A program made the translations under genes and the position numbers. 64,000 nt of DNA from assembly GCA_965247095.1 (NCBI GenBank), contig OZ251997.1, positions 2,592,001 through 2,656,000 on the forward strand, written 5' to 3'. Shown here one piece after another: positions 56,231-64,000 of this stretch. How positions within the stretch are numbered: the first letter of the stretch is position 1; each line of letters starts with the position of its first letter. The DNA comes from Candidatus Multivorans sp. (GTDB lineage Bacteria; Acidobacteriota; Thermoanaerobaculia; Multivoradales; Multivoraceae). The notes below the pieces were generated by a model. It had not been told where the DNA came from. It saw only the letters and a list, made by a program, of their open reading frames with translations, and made no database searches.

Positions 56231-59200
56231 GTGTCCGTGTGGCGTGAACTCCGCCGCCGCATTCGCCGCGGCCGGGACTACCGCGAACTCGCTGCGGCTG
56301 AGCGTGCGGCGGTCGTCGGTCTGCCGGTGCGCGCGGCCTCGGTGGTGTTCGAGCTGCTGGCCGAGGATCGTGCCGCGGCCCAGCTCGTGGTCGTGCCGAG
56401 CGAAAGCGAGGTCCTGGCCTGGACCGAAGGGGCTCGGCTGCTTGGGCGCCGCGACGGGGCGCGGGTCGTTCCCTTTCCGTCACCGGCGCTGACGCCCTAC
56501 CAGCAGGCCGAGGCCTCGCTGCAGGTGCGCGCCCAGGAAAGCGTCGCCTACGACACCCTGCTTGGCGCTTCACGGGTCACCGTGGTCTGCACGCCCCGGA
56601 CGCTGTTTCAACGCCTCGCCGAACCGGAGGCGTTCCTGCAGTCGGTCATAGGCGTTCGGGTTGGGGAAGACGTGGTTCCCGAGGAACTCCTGACCCACCT
56701 GGTCGCCCGCGGCTACCGGCGCAGCGATCTGGTGGCGGCGGTGGGCGCGGTGGCGCAGCGGGGCGGAGTCTTCGACCTCTTTGCACCCGGCGAACCGCGG
56801 CCGGCGCGACTTGACCTGTTCGGCGACACGATCGAGAGCATCCATCGTTTCGATCTGTCGACGCAGCGTTCCGAGGAGGCAATCGATTCGTTGCGCATCC
56901 GGCCTCTGACGCCGTTCGCGGCCGCGCCGGAGCAGGCCGCCGAGCTGGCCCTGGTGCTGCTGGAAGAACGAAGCGACGATCTGGCTGAATCGGCCCGCAC
57001 CCAGTTGCAGGAAATGGTGGAGGGCGAGCCCTTTCCGGGCTGGGAGAAGTACCTCCCTCTGCTGCAGCCGAGCACGAGTCTCGGTGAGGTGATGGAGAAC
57101 GCCACCGTCGTCGTGGTCGAAGTGGACCGGGTGCGACGGGAGATCGAGCAGCACACCGAGATGCTGTGGGACGAGTACGCCAGACGATCCGACGACGGCG
57201 ACATCGCCGCCGAACCGGAACGGTTGACGGCGCCCAGTGCTCAGGTGCTCGAGTTCGTGGAAGACGCGGTCTTCCGGATCGGGGGCGTGCTGGATGAGCG
57301 TGCGGGACGGCGAACCCGGGTCGACTTCGGCGCGGTCGAAACGGACGTCCTGGTCGATCAGCTTCCCCGCTTTCCGCGCGAGGTGGAGACCGCCGCGGCG
57401 CGCGGCGACGACCTGTGGCTGGTGGCGCGCGCCGGGCGGCACGAGTCGCTGCGCCAGACACTCGGCAGCCGGGAGATCGACTGGGATGGAGGCGGCGTGC
57501 GGCTGGTCGACGGCGAACTGGGACGCGGTTTCCGGCTCCCGGCAGCCGGCCTCGTGCTCTTCGGCGAGGGGCAGCTCTTCCGGCGCCGGGCGGCGGCGCC
57601 CCGCCGCCGCCGGATGGGGCCCTTCGTGTCCGGCCTCGGCGATCTGCGGGTCGGCGAGTTCGTGGTCCACGAGGATCACGGCATCGGGCAATTCCTGGGG
57701 CTCAGGACACTTGAAGGTCCACCCGGCGACGGGCCCGACGTGGAGGGCTACGGACCCCGCAGGCCGTCGCGGGCGGTCGAGGTCATGGAGCTCCTCTACT
57801 CATCGGGCCGCACGCTGCTCCTGCCTCTGACTCGCCTGAACGAGATCGAGCGCTACAGCGGCATCGATGGGCTCGCGCCCCGTCTCGACCAACTGGGCGG
57901 CAGCAGTTGGGCGAAGAAGAAGGGCCGGATCAGTCGCAGCCTGAAAGCGATCGCCACCGATCTGTTGAAGCTCTACGCGGAGCGGCGGCTGGCGCGGGCG
58001 GTGCCGATGAACGAGGACAGCGACCGCCAACTCCAGTTCGAGGGCGCCTTCACCTACGAGGAGACGCCGGATCAACTGGAGGCGGTGCGCACGATCAAGG
58101 AGGATCTGGGCCGCGAACAGCCGATGGACCGGCTTCTGTGCGGCGACGTCGGCTTCGGCAAGACCGAGGTGGCGATGCGGGCGGCGTTCAAGGCGGTGGA
58201 CAACGGCCTGCAGGTCGCGGTCCTGGCGCCGACGACGATTCTCGCCGATCAGCACCTGCGCACGTTCCGGCGGCGCTTCCAGGGCTTCGACTTCGAGATC
58301 GAGATGGTCTCCCGCTTCCGTTCGGCGGCCCAGGTCAAGGCGATCCGCGAGCGTCTGGCGGCGGGCGAGATTCACATTCTCATCGGTACCCACCGACTCC
58401 TGAGCCGTGACATCGACATGCCCTGCCTGGGCCTGGTGATCATCGACGAGGAGCAGCGTTTCGGAGTCGCCCAGAAGGAACGCCTGCGTGAGTTGAAGCG
58501 CAACGTCCACGTGCTGGCGATGTCGGCGACGCCGGTGCCGCGCACGCTGCAGTTGTCGCTGGCCGGGGTGCGTGACCTGTCCCTGATCGAGTCGCCGCCC
58601 CGGGACCGGATGGCGGTCGAAACCCGGGTGCTGCCGTTCTCGGGCGATCTCGTCCGCGAGGCGATCGAGTTCGAGGTCGAGCGCGGCGGCCAGGTGTTCT
58701 ACGTCTACAACCGGGTCGAGGACATCGAAGGCATGCTCCGCTATCTGCGGGAGCTCGTGCCGGGGCTTCGGATCACCGTCGGTCACGGTCAGATGGATGA
58801 AGGGGAGCTGAGCCTTCGGATGCGTGGGTTTACTTCCGGCGAGTACGACCTGTTGCTGGCGACGACGATCATCGAGAACGGGATCGACATTCCCAACGTG
58901 AACACGATGCTCGTTCACCGCGCGGATCGCTTCGGTCTGGCCCAGCTCTACCAGTTGCGGGGCCGGGTCGGCCGCAGCGATCAACTGGGCTACTGCTACC
59001 TTCTGGCCCCCCCGGACACGGTGCTTTCGGAGGAGGCGCGCAAGCGACTCGTCGCCATCCGGGAGTTCACCGAGCTCGGGGCGGGTTTCCGGATTGCGGC
59101 GCGTGACCTGGAGATTCGGGGCGCCGGCAACCTGCTCGGAGCGGAACAGAGCGGCCACATCGCGGAAGTTGGGATCGAGACCTACATGAAGATGCTGGAG

Positions 59201-59704
59201 AAGACGATCGCCGAACTCCGGGGCGAGGCGCCGGCGGACAGGCCGTCGGCGTCGATCAGCCTGCCCGCGGCCATGTCGATTCCGGAGGACTACATCGGCG
59301 AGATCTCTTTGCGACTGGAGATCTACCGGCGCCTTGCGGATGCCGACGAGGATCCGGAGACGCTGCTTGCCGAGCTGCGCGACCGTTTCGGACCACCGCC
59401 CGAGGCGGTGCATGCCCTGATTCGGGGCGCGGAACTGAAACGGATTGCGGAATCCCTGGGTGTCCAGTCGATCGCGCACCGGAGCGATCGACTGACGGTC
59501 AAGCTTCGCCGCGACGCGAAGGTCGATCTGGAACGCTTGATCCGCTTCGTTTCCGAGCGGGAGGGCTCGGGCTTCACTCCGGACGGGGTGCTGACGCTGT
59601 CCGAGATACCGGGCCGTGAGTCGCTCGAGATCGCGCTTCAGCTCCTGCAGTTGCTGGCGGGTGAACCGCTGTCGCGGCTCGCCGGTTCGGAGACGGTCCA
59701 TTGA
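56231..59704 (+). CDS. mfd: Transcription-repair coupling factor Mfd
   Basis: RGGVFDLF, VVHEDHGIG (CarD/TRCF), ETPDQ, MDRLLCGDVGFGKTEVA, DEEQRFG, SATPVPRTL, QLRGRVGRS, DLEIRGAGNLLG. Confidence 0.97.
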   Translation: MSVWRELRRRIRRGRDYRELAAAERAAVVGLPVRAASVVFELLAEDRAAAQLVVVPSESEVLAWTEGARLLGRRDGARVVPFPSPALTPYQQAEASLQVRAQESVAYDTLLGASRVTVVCTPRTLFQRLAEPEAFLQSVIGVRVGEDVVPEELLTHLVARGYRRSDLVAAVGAVAQRGGVFDLFAPGEPRPARLDLFGDTIESIHRFDLSTQRSEEAIDSLRIRPLTPFAAAPEQAAELALVLLEERSDDLAESARTQLQEMVEGEPFPGWEKYLPLLQPSTSLGEVMENATVVVVEVDRVRREIEQHTEMLWDEYARRSDDGDIAAEPERLTAPSAQVLEFVEDAVFRIGGVLDERAGRRTRVDFGAVETDVLVDQLPRFPREVETAAARGDDLWLVARAGRHESLRQTLGSREIDWDGGGVRLVDGELGRGFRLPAAGLVLFGEGQLFRRRAAAPRRRRMGPFVSGLGDLRVGEFVVHEDHGIGQFLGLRTLEGPPGDGPDVEGYGPRRPSRAVEVMELLYSSGRTLLLPLTRLNEIERYSGIDGLAPRLDQLGGSSWAKKKGRISRSLKAIATDLLKLYAERRLARAVPMNEDSDRQLQFEGAFTYEETPDQLEAVRTIKEDLGREQPMDRLLCGDVGFGKTEVAMRAAFKAVDNGLQVAVLAPTTILADQHLRTFRRRFQGFDFEIEMVSRFRSAAQVKAIRERLAAGEIHILIGTHRLLSRDIDMPCLGLVIIDEEQRFGVAQKERLRELKRNVHVLAMSATPVPRTLQLSLAGVRDLSLIESPPRDRMAVETRVLPFSGDLVREAIEFEVERGGQVFYVYNRVEDIEGMLRYLRELVPGLRITVGHGQMDEGELSLRMRGFTSGEYDLLLATTIIENGIDIPNVNTMLVHRADRFGLAQLYQLRGRVGRSDQLGYCYLLAPPDTVLSEEARKRLVAIREFTELGAGFRIAARDLEIRGAGNLLGAEQSGHIAEVGIETYMKMLEKTIAELRGEAPADRPSASISLPAAMSIPEDYIGEISLRLEIYRRLADADEDPETLLAELRDRFGPPPEAVHALIRGAELKRIAESLGVQSIAHRSDRLTVKLRRDAKVDLERLIRFVSEREGSGFTPDGVLTLSEIPGRESLEIALQLLQLLAGEPLSRLAGSETVH

Positions 59705-60555
59705 GCGGCCGGTTGGACTCGCGTGCGATGCGACGAGCCTGCGCCTGTCTCCTGGCCGGGGTATCCCTGGGCTGTGGCGGCGGCGGGCTGCCGGAGGGCG
59801 TGGTGGCGCGAATCGGCAACCAGGACTTTCGTTACGAGGACTTTCACGGCTACGCTGAGGAGTCCCTTGGCGGGGACGCTTCGCGCTTCGGCAGCGCGGT
59901 GCTTTCCCGGCTCTTCGAGCGCTTCGTCGACGACCAATTGCTCGTGCAGTTGGCGCGGGATCGGGGGCTCGTGGAGGGGGAAGCTACGGTCCACGAGGCC
60001 GCGATGCGGTTGCTCGAGGCGTCAACGCCGGTCGTGTCGTTGTCGGAGATGGAGAGCTACTACGCCGAACACCGGAGTGATTTCGCGCGGCCGCCACGGG
60101 TGCGCCTGCGTCAGATCCTGGTCCAGGATCGAGCCGCCGCCGAGCTGGCGCTGGCAGAGCTCGAAGTGGGCGTGGACTTCGGGGAGGTGGCGCGTCTGCG
60201 TTCCATCGGCCCCAGCGCGTCAGCCGGCGGTCTCCAGGGCGAACTGTCGAGCGAGGATCTTCCCCCGGCGCTCGCCGACGTCGTGTTCGAGCTTGGCGAA
60301 GGAGAATGGAGCGAGCTGCTCGAGGCCGACTACGGCTTTCGCATCTTCCAGGTCGAGCGCCTCTTGCCGGAAGAAACCTTGACGCTCTCGGAGGCGGCGC
60401 CAAGAGTAAGGACCCTGCTGGAGGAGGCGCAAAGCGAAGAGCTCGTCCGAGCCGCCGCCGCCCAAGCCCGGCAGGAGTACAATCTGCGCGTCGCGGTGGA
60501 GCGGTTGCCCTTCGAGTACCACGGCGCGTTCGTGGATCAGGCTGCCGCAGAATGA
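59701..60555 (+). CDS. Parvulin-type peptidyl-prolyl isomerase lipoprotein
   Basis: Lipobox LGC, VRLRQILV, DFGEVARLRS, SAGGLQG, YGFRIFQV. Confidence 0.85.
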   Translation: MSGRLDSRAMRRACACLLAGVSLGCGGGGLPEGVVARIGNQDFRYEDFHGYAEESLGGDASRFGSAVLSRLFERFVDDQLLVQLARDRGLVEGEATVHEAAMRLLEASTPVVSLSEMESYYAEHRSDFARPPRVRLRQILVQDRAAAELALAELEVGVDFGEVARLRSIGPSASAGGLQGELSSEDLPPALADVVFELGEGEWSELLEADYGFRIFQVERLLPEETLTLSEAAPRVRTLLEEAQSEELVRAAAAQARQEYNLRVAVERLPFEYHGAFVDQAAAE

Positions 60556-60565
60556 GGTAGTAAAA

Positions 60566-61741
60566 TTGACTCAACGCAGCCTGGGCCCCGCGCCCGGCAG
60601 TTCCTGGTTTGCCGGCCGCCGTATCGCCGGCTCACTCGCCGGCTCGGTGGCGGCCTTGCTGGCCATGGCAGCCCTCCCCGTGGCCGGGCAGTCTTCGCCC
60701 GGCTCGGAGAACCGCGTCGTGCTGCGGGTCAACGACCGCATCGCGACCCTCTACGACTACCAAAGGGCGGTCAACGAGGAGGTCGGCTTGATCCGGAGCG
60801 CTCTCGGACTGACCGAGCCGGAGCGGCAGGAGCGGATCGCCGACGCCGGCCGCTTCGTGATGAAGAGGCTGTTCGAGGAACTGCTGCTCATGTCGCGGGC
60901 GGACCAATTGGCTGTCGTGGTGGACGAGAGCGAAGTCGAGGACCAAATCCGCGCCACCAGGGAGCGTTTCGGGCTCGAGAGCGAGGAGCAGTTCCGTCAG
61001 GCTCTGGCGCAGCAGGGCATGCGGGAGGAGGACTTCCGGGCGCAGACCCGCAAGCGGTTGCGGTCCAACGTCGTCCGGGGCCGGGAGGTGGCGCCCCGGG
61101 TGGTGGTCGAAGATGAAGACATGCGACGGTTCTACCGCGACAACGAGGAGCGTTTCCGCATTCCGGAGCGGGCTCGCTTCGAGGAGGTCGTGGTTCTGGA
61201 GGGTGTGGTTCCAGCCGACCGCATGGCGCTGCTGGCGGCGCTGGCCCGTACGCGGTTGAGGGCCGGCGGTACGGCCGCGGAGGTGGCGGAAGGCCTTGGC
61301 GAAGGTGTGACGGCCGTCGATGTTGGATGGGTGACGGCCGGCGACCTGGCGCCCGCTCTCGATTCCGTTGCCTGGGAGCTCGATGTCGACGGCGTCGGCG
61401 ACGCGATCGCCGCCCGCGGCGGTCTGCATGTTCTGAAGATGCTGGAGCGAACGCCGGCGACGGTTCAGCCGTTCGAGGAGGTCCGCGACGCGATCCAGCA
61501 GGAAGAGCGGAATCGACTGTTCTCCGAGGAGTACGACCTCTACCTGAGCGAACTCGCGGACGCCGCCTACGTTGTCGAACGGCTGCCGGAGGGGGCCGAG
61601 GGATATCGGCCTGTCGAGTCCCCTTCGCTCGACGGCGACGCGCTGGGGCTGCTCGCTCCGTTCGGTCGCGGCGTCCAGGCGCCGGATGTCGACGAGCCGT
61701 CCGGCGATACGGCCGAGGAGACCGACGGGCAACAACGCTGA
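60566..61741 (+). CDS. SurA-like chaperone/PPIase
   Basis: NRVVLRVND SurA N-domain, DVGWV..GDL, GLHVLKM, PFEEVRDAI. Confidence 0.85.
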   Translation: MTQRSLGPAPGSSWFAGRRIAGSLAGSVAALLAMAALPVAGQSSPGSENRVVLRVNDRIATLYDYQRAVNEEVGLIRSALGLTEPERQERIADAGRFVMKRLFEELLLMSRADQLAVVVDESEVEDQIRATRERFGLESEEQFRQALAQQGMREEDFRAQTRKRLRSNVVRGREVAPRVVVEDEDMRRFYRDNEERFRIPERARFEEVVVLEGVVPADRMALLAALARTRLRAGGTAAEVAEGLGEGVTAVDVGWVTAGDLAPALDSVAWELDVDGVGDAIAARGGLHVLKMLERTPATVQPFEEVRDAIQQEERNRLFSEEYDLYLSELADAAYVVERLPEGAEGYRPVESPSLDGDALGLLAPFGRGVQAPDVDEPSGDTAEETDGQQR

Positions 61742-61851
61742 CGATCGGCCGGTCGGGGCCCCCGGAAGAGGGGCCTAGCCGTTCGTAGCAGGTCCTCGGG
61801 AGGTCTCTTCGTGGTTCCGGGGTTTGTTCCGGGGTTTTCCTCAATCCTCGC

Positions 61852-61896
61852 GTGGAGCAAAGTGGTCTGAAGTAGACAAGAATGGCCCAGAAGTGG
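61852..61896 (+). promoter_or_regulatory. MraZ-binding direct repeats upstream of the dcw cluster
   Basis: GTGG-like boxes at 61852, 61862, 61872, 61882 and 61893 (about 10-nt period). Confidence 0.65.
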
Positions 61897-61984
61897 TAAC
61901 GTCGCGCGTCTGAGCGTCAGTTTGTGGGCACTACGCCCACTTCTTGTGGGTACCACACCCACCTGACTCTTCAGGTCGTGAGCG

Positions 61985-62458
61985 ATGTTTCGAGGGCATG
62001 CAGAAGCAAAGATCGACGCGAAGGGCCGCCTGAAGGTCCCGAGCGTGTTCCTGCGCCCGCTGCAGGAGCGTTTCGGTCCCGACATCTTCACCACTTCGCT
62101 GCACGGCGATTGCGCGTGGATCTACCCCCTGCGGCTCTGGGAGCTGGAGGAGCAGCGCATGGCCCGCCTGCCGGCCACCCACAGGCTGCGCCGCAAGTGG
62201 GAGTCCCGGGTCAGCTACTTCGGTCTCCAGAGCCGTCTCGATTCGCAGGGGCGGCTGATGGTCCCGGCGAAGTTGCGAGGACGCGCGGGCATCGAGGGCG
62301 AGGTTGTCATTTTCGGTCGCCCGGACCGCCTTGAGGTCTGGAACCTCGAGCGGATGGAGAACGACCTGGACTCGGAACCGTTCACGGATGGCGAGTTGGA
62401 CGAACTGACCGACGATCTCGAGGCGCTGGATGCGTCCGGCAACAGGGATGTCGACTGA
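61985..62458 (+). CDS. mraZ: Transcriptional regulator MraZ
   Basis: MFRG....IDAKGRL.VP, LDSQGRL.VP; first gene of dcw. Confidence 0.95.
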   Translation: MFRGHAEAKIDAKGRLKVPSVFLRPLQERFGPDIFTTSLHGDCAWIYPLRLWELEEQRMARLPATHRLRRKWESRVSYFGLQSRLDSQGRLMVPAKLRGRAGIEGEVVIFGRPDRLEVWNLERMENDLDSEPFTDGELDELTDDLEALDASGNRDVD

Positions 62459-63434
62459 TGTGGGCGGCGACGGTCAGAAGCCCCGGCACCAGCCCGTCCT
62501 GGTCAGCGAGGCCCTGCGGTTCCTGGCGCCGGAACGCGGCGGTTGGTTCGTCGACTGCACGGTCGGTCTGGGCGGTCATGCCGCGGAACTCCTTGGGCGC
62601 TTTCCCGGCGCGCGAGTGCTCGGCATCGACCGCGACGAGGAAGCCCTGGACCACGCCCGGCGCCGGCTGCGCGAGTTCGGTTCGCGGGTCCTCCTGGTGC
62701 ACGGGAACTTCCATTCGATCGACGAAGTTCTCGCTGAGGTGGGGAGCGGGAAACCAGCGGGAATCCTCGCCGATCTCGGCGTTTCGTCGCTGCAACTCGA
62801 CCAGCCGGAGCGGGGCTTCAGTTTCAGGCGCTCCGGCCCGCTCGACATGCGCATGGATCAATCGACTCGATCGGCAACCACGACTGCGAGGGACATCGTG
62901 AACCTGGAATCCCAGAGCGTGTTGGAGACCGTGCTCCGCGATTACGGCGAGGAGCGCCAAGCCCGCAAGATCGCGCGGGCGATCGTGGAGCGTCGTCGCC
63001 GCGGGCCGATCGAGACCACCGACGACCTGCGCGAACTGGTTCACGAGACGGTTGGGACGTCCAGGGTGAGGCGGGGCCGCGCGATGCCGGGAAGCCGGTC
63101 GATCGATGCCGCGACCAGGACGTTCCAGGCGCTTCGGATCGCCGTCAACGAGGAGTTGTCCGGGTTGGAGCCGGCCCTCGAACGAGCGGTGAATCTGCTC
63201 GAGCGGGACGGCCGGTTGGTCGTCATCTCGTACCACAGTCTGGAAGACCGGATCGTCAAGCACCGGCTCCGCGCCCACGCCGTGGGCGAGGTCGATCCGA
63301 TCACCGGGCGCCCGCGCACCGAAACACGGCTGATCGAACTGATGACCAAGAAGCCGATCCGGCCGCAGCCGAGCGAGGTGGAGTACAACCCCCGGTCGCG
63401 GTCCGCGCGGTTGCGCGCGGCCCGCAGGCTCTAG
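62448..63434 (+). CDS. rsmH: 16S rRNA m4C1402 methyltransferase RsmH
   Basis: HQPVL, DCTVGLGGH, DLGVSSLQLD, PLDMRMD, FQALRIAVN, SYHSLEDRIVK, NPRSRSARLR. Confidence 0.97.
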   Translation: MSTDVGGDGQKPRHQPVLVSEALRFLAPERGGWFVDCTVGLGGHAAELLGRFPGARVLGIDRDEEALDHARRRLREFGSRVLLVHGNFHSIDEVLAEVGSGKPAGILADLGVSSLQLDQPERGFSFRRSGPLDMRMDQSTRSATTTARDIVNLESQSVLETVLRDYGEERQARKIARAIVERRRRGPIETTDDLRELVHETVGTSRVRRGRAMPGSRSIDAATRTFQALRIAVNEELSGLEPALERAVNLLERDGRLVVISYHSLEDRIVKHRLRAHAVGEVDPITGRPRTETRLIELMTKKPIRPQPSEVEYNPRSRSARLRAARRL

Positions 63435-63461
63435 CAGCGGCAGAGACGGGATCCGTGAACT

Positions 63462-63848
63462 GTGAAAACCGGTTACAGCGTCAGCAAGGAGATCACGAAT
63501 CCCTTCCTCGTGCGCCAGCGGGATCCGGGCCGGCTCCGCGGCCTGTGGCGGCTGGTGGCGATCGTCCTGCCCTTCGCCGGCGCGGTGTTCGCGTACACCT
63601 GGGTACACGAACAGGGTCTGGAGGCCGGCTACCGGATCGAGCAGTTCGAACGGCGCCTGGAGGACCTGCTGCAGGAAGAACGCCTGCTCGAACTGGAGGC
63701 CACGCGGCTCGCGCGGCCTGAGCGGCTGAGGGCGCTGGCGCTGGAACAGCTCGGCATGGCGCCCCCGACGCTGGACCAGATGATCTTCCTGAGTTCGGAG
63801 AGCGCGTCCCTCGTCCAGGCCGGCATCGCGACGGAGGCGGCGCAGTGA
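63462..63848 (+). CDS. ftsL: Cell division protein FtsL
   Basis: TM plus leucine zipper plus ERLRALALEQLGM; position after rsmH. Confidence 0.85.
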   Translation: MKTGYSVSKEITNPFLVRQRDPGRLRGLWRLVAIVLPFAGAVFAYTWVHEQGLEAGYRIEQFERRLEDLLQEERLLELEATRLARPERLRALALEQLGMAPPTLDQMIFLSSESASLVQAGIATEAAQ

Positions 63849-64000
63849 ACGCCCTCGGACCCCGCGCCAGGGGCGCCCGGCGCCGCCACCTCGGAAGGCT
63901 GTTGATCCTGACCACGGTCGCCGGCATCTGGATGGGCGCGATCGGTTGGCGGCTCTTCGATCTGCAGATTCTCGGCGCCGACTCGTACCGGGAGAGCGCG
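63845..64000 (+). CDS. ftsI: Penicillin-binding protein FtsI (5' part, truncated by the window end)
   Basis: GTGA overlap with ftsL; RRHLGRLLIL...WRLFDLQI N-terminal anchor; dcw synteny. Confidence 0.75.
   Translation, partial: MNALGPRARGARRRHLGRLLILTTVAGIWMGAIGWRLFDLQILGADSYRESA

Noticed and set aside
55864-64000. Novel system in the ftsB-mfd-PPIase-dcw region
   Set aside because: Ordinary conserved core-genome content and order

Overview
High-GC bacterial window. Sulfatases, CRTAC1/ASPIC-UnbV proteins, TPR-cytochromes, DUF4143 ATPase and many TA modules suggest an Acidobacteriota/PVC-like, possibly host-associated organism (inference only). Left part: a probable Sec-containing AhpC/TSA-like redoxin split by an in-frame UGA with a SECIS-like hairpin, a PGI-like gene, an XRE regulator, a crotonase and an AAA-DUF4143 ATPase. 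Next comes a visibly more A/T-rich co-oriented cassette (about 5.2-11.1 kb, bounded by an IS3). It encodes a PD-(D/E)xK-DGQHR-HEPN protein, a 66-aa ORF, a radical SAM enzyme and a MORC/HSP90-like GHKL ATPase, and is the best candidate for an undescribed DNA-modification/anti-phage system. The middle (13-51 kb) mixes intact accessory genes with a TIGR04255 three-gene module, REP-like palindromes (one in-frame inside a CDS), TA pairs, and many internally deleted or fused gene remnants, some with apparent microhomology junctions. tRNA-fMet is followed by tRNA-derived tandem repeats interrupted by an IS21 and preceded by an IS481/ISNCY-like element. The right end is core genome: ftsB-like, mfd, two PPIases, mraZ-rsmH-ftsL-ftsI. 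All family calls come from motif recognition by eye; no database searches were run.
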